From positions 73,968,001 through 74,032,000 of the forward strand of contig NW_024704743.1 of the NCBI RefSeq assembly GCF_018977255.1: 64,000 nucleotides of DNA, in the 5' to 3' direction. A model generated the notes under the pieces. That model was not told the origin of the DNA. It saw nothing but the letters and a program-made list of their open reading frames with translations, and did no database searches. The translations under genes and the position numbers were made by a program. The stretch is from Callorhinchus milii (Eukaryota). Positions 50,101 to 61,530 of this stretch are shown piece by piece; positions within the stretch are counted from its first letter, which is position 1, and each line of letters opens with the position of its first letter.

Positions 50101-53100
50101 GCTGCTGCATTTCGCTCGCAAAATATGCAGTCAATTCACTTTACAATATATTCTGTGAAGTACTTTGAGATGTCTCGAAGGCGTGATAAGGCATGAATAC
50201 CAAATGCAAGGATTATTATCTCAAAGCACTTTGCAGGTTATTGCTGTCAAATTAGTGATTGTTTGTCTGTTTATCTGTAGACAAAAGGCGGCAGCCAATT
50301 TGTGCACAAATGTCCCCAAATTTCATTTCATGAAATGAAAGACCAATTGACCAATTAATCTGGAGGATGTTGGGCAGGGCACTGAAAGAATCTCTCTACC
50401 CTATTGTGAGATCTTTAACGTCCTCCTGAGCAGCATCCTGAATAGAGATGTTGCCTATATACACAAGATGGTCTTGTAATAATGCTGTGTTTATTTTCTA
50501 AAGCTGCACGTATATGATTTGATTTATAACTTTGCATTATACTGTACAATAAAATCTGCATTACTAGTTCCTTAAAGATCCAGTAGGTCAGAATTCTTTC
50601 ATTAGCGTTTTAATTTACAGTTTTTGTAAGATGACTGTCTGGGTTTGTGGGAGATGAAAGCTTATTGTAAGACCAAGATGGTGTTTATTTTTCCTTCAAA
50701 GAGCTATTTAAAGCAAATGGTTAACAAAAATAATAGTGTTCAGCAAAAAAAATACAGCGGGTGTGCAATAAAGCTGTTTTCTTGAGTCGAGCCAGTTTTA
50801 TACTGGAATGGGAGCTGAGCTAATTAAAGTATGACATGAGAGCCAAGGACTCAAAATTACTTTCTTGTCTTCTACTCTGTTGAGTACATGATCCACAAGC
50901 TATATTTTACACTGGATTTCAGAAGGTTACAGATCTAACAGACGTGGTGGCTTCTCTCTGTAAAGCATTGGTTCCAATTGTGTTTAATCCCCCGAATAAA
51001 TTTGGTCATTTACTTTGTGGCTGTTTGTGGGAGGGACAGTGCTTTGCACAAATTGGCTGCTGCATGGTCATAGTCATTACAATTTACTGTATATCCTGTG
51101 AAGTGTTTTGAAACTTCCTCACAATATGAAAGATGCTCTATCAAATTTAGGGATTATTATTGTTGTTATTATTTAACATGGTGCCGGCAGCATGAATGAA
51201 TCAGCAGCATAAGAAGTAAAACAAAGTTAGGTCTGGATTCTGTTTTTAGTAAGAAAGAAACCTTGTTTGATACCATGTTTGTTTTGCTGTGCTGGGTACA
51301 CAGTGAGGTAGGTCCTGTCCAGGGACTGGAGTTATTAAGCAGAGCAACTGGGTGTCATTTGGTGACTACTGTGGAGAGGTAATGTTTCACGACTGGACAA
51401 GTAGAAAGAAACAGTGATGGGTGTAGGAAAGGATGCGGATACTCCAGTTACGCTGTTCACCCAAGATTTGTGTGCAGTCCTTTCAAGTTACACTGGCATA
51501 AGTGGTGCAGTTTAACCTTTGGAGCTTCTTTGTGGTAAGAGACCACCTGCAAGAGATGCCTTGTGGTTCTTTGTGGACCCTAGCAGACGTACAATTGCGC
51601 ACAGTGTGAATCAGTAATAGTACAATGCTCACAGTATGAAGCATGTTTTTAAAAAAGCTTAAGAACAACTTGGGTGGTCCGCTAAACTGCCTTAATGTTT
51701 CTAAAGATAGAAAAGAGTTGATTGCAGTCCGCTCTTTGCTAACATTAGAAATCTCACCATCAGTCAGGCACTGGTGAGCAGAGAGCAGGATGAACTCTGC
51801 ATTTGCAGAGTTTGGCATAACTTCATGATCTCCATGTTTGTCATCTAAATACTGTGGTATCTATTATACCAGTACCAATATCAGAAACTTCACGTGGTCC
51901 GAGTGGATGAATAGGGGCATGAGGCGCTGATTGTACAATTCATTTTCTCTGGAAATAGTACTGAGCGCTTAAGCCAATAAGTCTGTGCAATGCATGGTTT
52001 GATTTGATGAAAACCTGTTTTGTTCTTTATTTACTATAAAGAAATTAGCTCCCCGTTGGCTCAACAACAACTTGCATTTATATAGCGCTCGCCTGAAAGG
52101 TAATATCTGAAAGTGAAAGTGTTGACCAGAGGAGCCTGGTGGTAGAGTGAAGATGGAGAAGGACATAGAGATGGGGAGGGCTGAGGACATTGTAGACTTA
52201 TAGATAAGAGAGGATCTTGGAGATTGGTGAGTATGGAGGTGATGGACGTGTAAAGCTTCATGTGGGTCAGGATGTGAGCAACTGAACTGTAGATTAGCTG
52301 GAGTGGTTGATACAGCTGGAGAGGCTCATGAGGAGGGCATTGGAGAATACTAGTCTGGAGGAAGTTGTGCATAAGAAATTTGGCTGCATTGAGGATGGGT
52401 ATGGAGGCGTGCAGTGGGGTAATGATGAAGAAAATCTGTCTTAATCAGGTACTACCCAACATGAAGCTGAACCTAATTGCGGCAGACGGGCGGGAAATGG
52501 GCTTCGCTTGCCCTGATGCGCTGGTGTTGAAATTGTCTTTATGTCTCTTTCCCCTCTGTCTGTATGTGTGTGTCTCTCCCTCTCTATGTGAGTGGGTTAG
52601 TGAGTGTGTGTGTGTCTCTCTCTGGGGGAGTGTGTGTGTAGTGGAAGGCCTCGAGAGGCAGGAGATGTTGACCTCACAGTCAGGACACTAGTGAGCAGTG
52701 CTGGTGTTTGGAAGATCTCCAGGCCTTCAAATACAGTGCAGGGTGGAAATGGACCCTTCGGGACTGCATTGGTCTTTTTTCCCTGAAGTGGGCCACCCAG
52801 TTTTTGTTAAATTGTTTTTTCTGCAAATATCTTTAATGTGTTATTTCTTCATGTTCAGTTTTTAGCAATAAAATAAAAAAATGTAGGTTAGCAGTAAATG
52901 TGCTTCTCAATAGCATCAACCAACCCTTGTAATTTCCTGCGAAGGTAGACAAGTTTCCCTGCAATTTGAGGTAAATATTTCTGCAATTTTCCATTGGCCC
53001 TGGTTATCAGCAGTGCCTTTTTACTACAGTGCTGTGGACTCACCTGGCTGAGGAACCAGACTTCCAAGTCATCCACAGAGGATTGACTTGGTTCCTACAT

Positions 53101-53929
53101 TCCCTTACCAAGCACATCATATTAAGGCCAGCTCAGCCCCAAGGAGATGTGGTTTTCCCCCGCTCCTCCCTAACAAATAATAATAATAATCTTTACATTT
53201 GATATAGTGCCTTTCACTCCAGGAGGATGCGATGGTACACGTGAGTTCTTCATTGAAGAATAGGAATTTAGCTGACCAGCCTACACCCAAAGAACTGTAG
53301 GAACATATGAATTATTAGACGAAAAATGACCAAGGTCCATCTAATTGGCCTTCTACCATCTTGGGAGTCACATGCTACAATAATGGAGATGTTGATAGTG
53401 CTGGTGCTGATGTAGATAGCTAAGTGGATCTACAGCATCCTGCAGGAGGAGAGGAAAATAAAACTAGAAGAAATGTTTTGAGGTTCTGATGGTAATTTGA
53501 AATCTTAGGTAGATTTGTCCTGGTGTCTTCCGTTGGTTCTTCAGAGAATATGGAACTTCCTCTTCAGTCCAGATGTCTTTAACAGGAGTTAATGGCTTCT
53601 GCCCAACCAGCCAAAGTCCTATAGTTTTAGTGCTCCCTGCATTAGTAAGTATTAACATACGACCGTTCTGCTCAATAAACTTTATGGAGGTTAGATGACT
53701 CATCGCACACATGTTTCCTGCTGAGGTCTGAAATGTATTGAGTGGGTAAACTAGTTTGAACACACACGCACACCAAATGTCATACAATGTTAATTATTCA
53801 AGTTAGGACTGTAAAGGCATTGGTCCAGACATGTTGCTTAAGCAGATTTTAGTTCAGTTGATTAATGCTGCTAGAAATGTTTGTTTCTTTCCCTGTCCTG
53901 AATATTGTTTGGTGATGTTCAAGTGTATG

Positions 53930-54120
53930 TGTGATATTGGGGTGAGTTTGTGTGTGTGTTTGAGGTATGTGTGTTGGGTCTGTGTGTGTGTTTGAGGTAT
54001 GTGTGTTGGGTCTGTGTGTGTGTTTGTGTGTGTGTGTTGGAGGGTTGTGTTTGGGGGGCTTGTGTATGTGTGTATATGTGTTTGGGTGTATGTGTGTTTG
54101 GTTGTGCTTGAGGGGGTGTT
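53930..54120. repeat. TG-rich low-complexity region with an internal ~32-bp tandem duplication
   Basis: tgtgtgtgtttgaggtatgtgtgttgggtctg occurs twice in tandem. Confidence 0.9.
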
Positions 54121-55975
54121 TGGGTGAGCCTGCTGAGCGAAGGGAGCGGGCAGGTTGGTAGGGGGTAAGGAGGTCACAGAGGGTAGGGGGAGGAAGGCCA
54201 TTGAGAGCTTTGAAGGTGAGGACCAGGATCTTGAACTGTATCCTCTGTGTGATGGGAAGTCAGTGGAGTCGGGCGAGGATGGGGGTAAGAGTCATGGAGC
54301 CTAGTGTGGGAGAGGACATGGGCTGCAGAGTTCTGGATGATCTGAAGCCTATGGAGGGAGGAGTTGGGGAGGCCGACAAGCTGGGAGTTTGCATAGTCGA
54401 GCCTGGATGTTGTGAATGCGTTTATGAGGGTTTTGGCTGCCTGAGGTGTGAGACACTGGCGGAGCCAGGCAATGTTGCAGAGGTGGGGGTATGCACGGAT
54501 GTGGGGTAGAAAGGATAGTTAAGGATCAAACAAGATACCAAGGTTTCCGGACTGGCTCAGTAAAGTGGAATGTGCAACCATGGATGGTGATGTTGTCAGC
54601 GCTTGAGGTGAGGAGGCGCTGACGGGAGCCAATCAGGAGAGTCTTGGTCTTGTTGACGTTCAACTGAAGAAAGTTAGCTCTCAGCCAGGAATTGATGTCT
54701 GACAGACATTCTGTCAGTACAGGAGTGGTCCTGGAGTCAAGGGTGGAGACAAAGCAGTAGAGTTGGGTGTCATCCTCTTACATGTGGAAGTTGACCCCAT
54801 GTCTGCAGATGATGTCACCAAGGGGGAGCATATAGATGTTGAAGAGGAAGAGACCAAGGACAGAGCCCTGAGGAACTAGAGGAGAAACCGTTTGTGGAGA
54901 TGAAGTGGAGACGGTGTGAGAGGTATGATCTGAACCATTCAACGACAGAACCGTGAAGGTTGAGGTGAGATGAGAGGCAGTGGAGGAGGATAGAGTGGTC
55001 AACGGTATCAAAAGCAGCTGGGAGATCAAGGAGGCAGAGGGAGCCAAAGTGTCATTTGGCACTACAGGTGGAGTCCTGTAGCTCAGTGGTTAGAGCACTC
55101 GCTTTGCAAGCGAGAGACCTGAGTTCAATTCCAGGCAGGGTGAAACCTTGGGTAAGTTTCCTTACTCCGCACACCTAATAATAATCCCTCCAAAACCAAA
55201 ACAATAATAAATTGGTTATTTTCAATCTACGACTGTTTGTGGGACATTGCTGTGCGCAATTGGCTGCCGCGTTCGCCCACAAATATATATACAGTCAATT
55301 CACTTTACAGTGTGTTCTGTGAAGCGCTTTGGGACGTCCTCCCGACGTGAAAAGCTCTATATCAAATGCAAGGATTATTATTATTATTATTTGTCACTTT
55401 GACCAAAACTGTTACTGTGCTGTGGGCAACATGGAAACCCGGTTGGAGGGGTTTATGAAGGAAGTGGTGGGAGAGGAAGGAGTGAAGCTGGGAAGCAACG
55501 ACTCGTTCCAAGACCTTGGAAAGGGGGGTTGGAAATGGGGTGGTTATTTCAGAGCAGGGATGGTAGGGAGGGTTTTTTAAGGATAGGATTGATGACGGCT
55601 GTTTTTAAAGGAGTGGGAAGGGTGCCGGTGGACAAGGAGAGGTTTATGGTGACTGTGAGTAGAGCGGCAAGAAGGTGGAGCTAGGAATTAAGGCAAGCGG
55701 TAGGGATGGGGTCCGGGGAGCAGGTGGTCGGGTTTCATGCAGGTTATAGTGGTGGTGAGAGAGGAGTGGGAGACAGGTTCAAAGGTGTGGAGGGAGAGAT
55801 GGGTATGGGCCGGGGTGTGAGGGGGAGATGGGGAGGGGATAGTCGACAGAAGGGCAGAGGCAGCTGAATGGATCCCCTCGACATTGGTTTTGAGGAATTC
55901 CAGCTTTGCTTCGCAGTTGGAGTTAGAGGAGAGGATGGGTGAGGCGTGAGAGGGTCATCGGAGGAGCCTCTTGAG
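54120..55975 (-). mobile_element. L2 LINE ORF2 fragment with a nested SINE
   Basis: [32 protein letters not shown]; reverse complement of ~56820-58520. Confidence 0.92.
55068..55391 (+). mobile_element. Young tRNA(Ala)-derived SINE, full length
   Basis: Complete head, core and tail; probable TSD atttggcact (55054-55063) / atttgtcact (55389-55398). Confidence 0.93.
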
Positions 55976-56309
55976 TCATATATGGAACATATAAGAACAT
56001 GGACATTCGCTCTTAATTCCTAACCTGAGGAGGAAATAGAGGAATAAAGATAAGGGGAAAAGGAGGGAGGGAGGGATGGGAGCTTGTGTGGACTATAAAC
56101 ACTGCCACACCCCTCCTTTCGAACTCCGGGAACTCCCTTCCCCTCCATCTCGCCCCCTGTGACTGTCTTTAAATCCTACCTCGCAACCTACCTTTTTGTC
56201 CGGTCTTGTAGTCACCTTCGCACCCCCATCACCCCCTTCTATCCTGCTCAGTATCCAACACAATCCCTGTCAAACACTCTGTGATGTTATCCTATATGAA
56301 GGGCTTAAT

Positions 56310-58758
56310 ATCAGTGCACCTCACCATCATCAACAAAGTGATCTCGGACCATCACTTCATATCCCTTAACTCCTCAATCTCTCTCCCCACCGCCACCCAA
56401 CCCACCTCCATCTCATACCGTCCCTGGAAAAAAATCTCCCACCCTCCCTCTCGGCTGCCTTGGCGTCATCTAAACTCCTTCCCCTCTGGGCGTCCTCCCG
56501 CAATGACCTATCCTCCTCGGTCACCCTTCTCCACAGCCCCCTCTCCTCCGGTCTCAATTTCCTCACTCCCCTCTCTTCCCGAACCGTCTCCTACTCATGC
56601 AAATCTCCCTGGTACACCAGCCACCTCCGCTACCTTAAAGCCCAGGCGACTTCCATTGAGCACACCTGGCTTAAACCAAACCTAACTGTCCATCGGCAGA
56701 TTTGGGTGGACCATGTAAAATCTTACCGCTCCGCTCTCGCCTCCGCTAAATCATTGTTCTACTCCAAGACAATCTTGGCGGCTAAGGACAACCCCAGACT
56801 CCTCCTCTCCATCACAAACCGGCTCCTCCGCCCACCCTCTCATGCCTCACCCATCCTCACCTCAAATGCCAACTGCGAGGAAATGCTGGACTTCCTCGAA
56901 TCCAAAGTCGAGGGAATCCACTCAGCTGCCTCTGCCACTGCATCTTCTATCCCCTCCTCATCTCCTCGTCCCACCCCACCCCCTAACCACCCCTCCCTCC
57001 ACACCTTTGAATCCATCGCTCCCTCCTCTCTCATACAACCATAACCCATATGAAACCCACCACCTGCTCCTTTGACCCCATCCCTACCCCCTTGTTACCT
57101 CCCAGCTCCACCTCCTTACCCCTCTACTCACTGACATCATTAACCTCTCCCTGTTCTCTGGTACTGTTCCCACCCCATTAAAAACTGCTGTCATCACTCC
57201 TATCATTAAAAAAACCCTCCCCGGACCATTCTCTACTCCCTAACTTCCATCCATCTCCAACCTCCCTTCTTCTCCAAGGTCTTGAAACGAGTTGTTGCTT
57301 CTCAGCTTCGCTCCTTCCTCTCCCGCCACTCCCTTCTCAAACCTCACCAATCGGGCTTCTGTGCCACCCACAGCACAGAAACCACTCTGGTCAAAGTGAC
57401 AAATGACATTCTGTCCATCTACGACCAGGGCTCCCTCCTCATCCACCGTCGGCCACCCTATCCTCATCTACTGCCTCTCATCTCAACCTCTACGGTGCTG
57501 TCCTCGACTGGTTTAGATCATCCACTCACACCACCTGCATTTCATCTCCTCAAAGGGCTTCTCCTCTAGCCCCCGGACCGTTTTGTGTGGCGTTCTTCAG
57601 GGCTCTGTCCTTGGTCCCTTCCTCTTCAATATTTATATGCTCCCTCTTGGTGACATCATCCACAGACATGGGGTCAACTTCCACATGTATGCGGATGGCA
57701 CCAAACTCTACCTCTTTGCCTCCACCCTTGACTCCAGGACCACTGCTGTGCTGACAGAATGTCTGTTAGACATCAAGTCCTGGATGAGAGTTAACTTTCT
57801 ACAGTTGAACGTTAACAAGACAAAGACTCTCCCGATTGGCTCTCGCCAGCGCCTCCTCACCTCAGGCGCTGACAGCGTCACCATCCATGGTTGCACACTC
57901 CACCTCACTGAGCCAGTCCAGAACCTTGGGGTCTTGTTCGAACCTCAACTATCCTTTCTACCCCACAGCTGCTCCATGACCTGCTCTGCCTTCCCCCACC
58001 TCCACAACATCGCCCGGCTCCGACACTGTCTCACACCACAGGCCACCAAAACCATTATACAAGCCTTCATTACATCGAGGCTCGACTATGCAAACTCACT
58101 GCTTGTCGGCCTCCCCAACTCCTCCCTCCATAGGCTACAGATCATCTGGAACTCTGCAGCCCGTGTACTCTCCCGCGCTAAGCTCCGTGACGCTATCACC
58201 CTCATCCTTGCTCAACTCCAATGGCTTCCCTGTGGGACACCGCTGTATGCAATTGGCTGCCACATTTCGCCCACAAATATACGGGCAATTCACTTTACAG
58301 CATATTCTGTGAAGTGCTTTGAGACATCTAGAAGAGGTGAAAAGCACTATATCAAATGCATCGATTATTATTATTATTATTCCCATCACACAGAGGATAC
58401 AGTTCAAGATCATGGTCCTCACCTTCAAAGTCCTCCATGGTCTTGCTCTCCCCTACTTCTCCGACTTCCTAGGCCCCTACCACCCTGTTCGCTCCCTCCG
58501 CTCAGCAGGCTCTGACCTGTTTCACATTCCCCCGCCTCGCTCGCCCCACTATCAGTGGGTGGGTCTTCTGCCACTCTGCACCCACCCTCTGGAACTCCAT
58601 CCCGCAGTCCCTCCGTCTCGTCCCCTGTGTCTGCTTCGCCCCTGCCCTCCACCCTCCCCGACCACCAGCTCAGGTCTGTAACTCTGTCTGTTCAGCGCCT
58701 TGGGCCGTCCTCCTGACGTGAAAGGCGCTTTACAAATGTAATTTTGTTGTTGTTGTTG
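56310..58758 (+). mobile_element. L2 LINE, longest copy (end of endonuclease, RT, 3' tail)
   Basis: [61 protein letters not shown]...YADGTKLY; (TTG)n tail. Confidence 0.94.
58231..58381 (+). mobile_element. 5'-truncated SINE inserted in L2
   Basis: Deu core to (TTA)n tail between L2 ggcttccc and ttcccatcacacagagg, with a short ttccc duplication. Confidence 0.9.
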
Positions 58759-59590
58759 ATTTGTTCTCGTTTCTGCGCAGGAATTTGAACGTTGATCTGT
58801 CACTAACTATTTGTAAATATAATGCTTTGTGAACCTCACTGATCATTTCTTGAGGTGACGAAACCACAGCTTGCTGCTTTATAATTTCAAATAACTGGTT
58901 GAAGGTTCATTAGATTTCATTTCAATTAATTTCACCTTAGTTATTCGACAATACTATAAGTATAACACTACTGAAATCTTCCTGAAATTTTGCTTTGCAT
59001 TTATTTAGCACCCTTCACGTGGGATAGCATCCCGGAGCACTTGATTAATATGCTGTCTTATTTTACATAACGTTTATAATACCAAGTGTGATTCTGTCAA
59101 AAACATGTTCAATTGTTTGATAGAAATGCACTGTGGGTATCGCTCCCAATGCTTTTGGTCAAAAGAATGTTAAGCTGACCTGATTTTAAAAATAACATCC
59201 GTTTTTAGTGGCCAGAAATAATCATCTTATGCAAGTATTACCGCATGATTATCTTATCCCTTGGAGTTGGCAGGGTTATTGGACTTACTCCGCTCTTTTA
59301 GAGCTGATGTCTGATAGTTTTCCAGTGTTTTTCACAACTTTTGTAAAGAGCAGTTCCAATATTAAACTGTGGAACATCAGTTATGAGAGATGCTGGAGTG
59401 TTTAATTTAGGAGAGGTTTGGAGAAAACTCCTTTCTACATGTGTGTGTGTGAATCTGGATGGCTCAATTTTTGTTTGCTTTTGTTATTGCCAATCCTTGA
59501 GCTTTGTTGTATGATTTACATTCACAATGTTAGCATGAGATTCTATATAAAATAGGGAAGAGGTTGCGGAGCGAATGAGAGAGATAAGTA

Positions 59591-59901
59591 GGAGTCCTGT
59601 AGCTCAGTGGTTAGAGCACTGGCCTTGCAAGCGAGACACCTGGATTCAATTCCAGGCAGGGCAAAACCTTGGGCAAGTTTCCTTACTCCACACGCCTAAT
59701 AAAATCCCTCCAAAACAAAACAATAATAAATTGGTCATTTTCAATCCACGACTGTTTGTGGGACACTGCTGTGCGCAATTGGCTGCCGAGTTTCGCCCAC
59801 AAATATACAGTCAATTCACTTTACGGTATATTCTGTGAAGCTCTTTGAGACGTCGAGAAGATGTGAAAAGCGCTGTATCAAATGCAAGGATTATTATTAT
59901 T
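59591..59901 (+). mobile_element. Young tRNA-derived SINE, full length
   Basis: Complete structure; taagtaggag at 59585-59594 and 59901-59910. Confidence 0.93.
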
Positions 59902-60954
59902 AAGTAGGAGCACATGACTCCCACCCTCACCTCCTTCAAGGTCTGCTTTAGGACGAGGCTCTTTGACTGCGCTTTTGATCATCTTTCACCTCCCCACCCA
60001 CCTCGGCTGGCTCCCACCCCTAGATTGGGTGCCCAGCCAGTCGTATCAAGAACTTTGGGTCGTCTTCCTGGCCTGAAAGGCGCTATATAATGTGGTCAAT
60101 AGTTATTGTCTACAAAATATAGTCATTGCACTTTACAGTATATCTCTGACCCCACCCTTTGGAACTCCATCCCGCAGTCCCTTTGCCATGTTCCCTCCCT
60201 TGCCTCCTTCAAGGCACATCTCAAGACCCTCCTCTTCAAACATGCTTTCGGCCTACCCCAACCCCCTGCTCGGGTCCAAATCCCTGACTGTCCAACGCCT
60301 TGGCACGTCCTCGCAATGTGAAGGGCGCTATATTACTGTAGTTTATTGTTGTAATCATTTGAAACACATTAAGATATCCCAGTGAGATAGGTGCTATATC
60401 ACTATTATTGTAAGTTATTATTATTACCACTCAATGGGCGTCTTAGCCCCAGGATGTGTGTGTATGCATGTCTCTCTCTGTCTGCCTTTCTTTTGAACTT
60501 TATTGCGGATACTTTGTCTTGTTCCTGTACTTGCTCGCTTTCCTAACCTTTTCTCCTCCCACTGACACATACTGCCATCAATTGTTTCTGTTACTAATAA
60601 CCTGCCCAGTCTCTGAGATCACAGTGTTTTGAAAATGAGATCTTCAGAGAAGTTTGCAGTGGGAGTAATTCTCAACTGAAACTTACTAATAGTTTTGAAA
60701 AAAACACCCCAGTTTTCTATGCTTTATTTCACAAACACTCCTCTAAACAGCAGCTGCTGCCCTTTTCACAGCAATAGCTCATCTACATTTGAATGGAACA
60801 TTCTTTCGTTAAGTACAGATTTAATCCAAATTAAATTGTTTCAGAATGATCGAACATTCTAAAGTCAGTTTTACTCTTGCAAACAATTACGATGAATTCA
60901 TAGGAAATGAACACCAATTAATAACTCCTCATTTTATTGTTATTAATTTTGTTT

Positions 60955-61530
60955 TGATAGTTGAGGCTCTCCTGCTCTGTACTCATCAGCACTTCCTCAC
61001 CTCAAGCGCTGATCATTTTGACATCCTCTCACTACAATTCGCAGAGCTTGCCCCAGCCCCCTGTTTGGGTCCAAATCCTCACAACCTCGGCGTTATGTTA
61101 GAGAGTTGTGTCAACTCTCCTTCAAACATTTCATCTGGGTTCTGACTATTATCCATCTCTGCTATGTTGCCCACATCTTCCGCTACCTCATCCTACACAA
61201 TTGAAACTCTCGTCACATTTTGTCACCACCAGACTCGATTTTTCCAATGTCCAGTTTATTGCCCCTCTAGCTCCACCCTGAACAAACTCCAGACCACGCA
61301 GAGCTCTGCAGCATGTATCCTCTCCTGTGCCAGGCTTCATAGCTCATCATCCACATCCTTGCCTGGCTCCCTATCCACTGGCAGATCAGTTTTACTGTCC
61401 TCGCATTCATTTGCTTCCACGGTCTTGCTCCCTCCCCACATTTGCAATCTCCTGCAACCATCCTCCCCCGACCACTCTCTCTGTTCCAGCTCCAGCCGGC
61501 TTCATGCCTCTTGCCTGCTCCATGTCACGG
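60955..61530 (+). mobile_element. Old L2 ORF2 C-terminal fragment
   Basis: IETLVTF, TLNKLQTTQSSAACILS: degenerate versions of the motifs in the other L2 copies. Confidence 0.7.

Noticed and set aside
51400..51860. 111-aa minus-strand ORF or possible old retroelement piece
   Set aside because: No motif I can assign confidently
53464..53810. Possible L1/Tx1 endonuclease relic (-), with QQET and EQNGRMLIL-like motifs
   Set aside because: Too degenerate to support without a profile search
57583..58515. 310-aa ORF, the longest in the window, as a host gene or active RT
   Set aside because: L2 RT with YADD mutated to YADG, reading through an inserted SINE; upstream ORF2 is frameshifted
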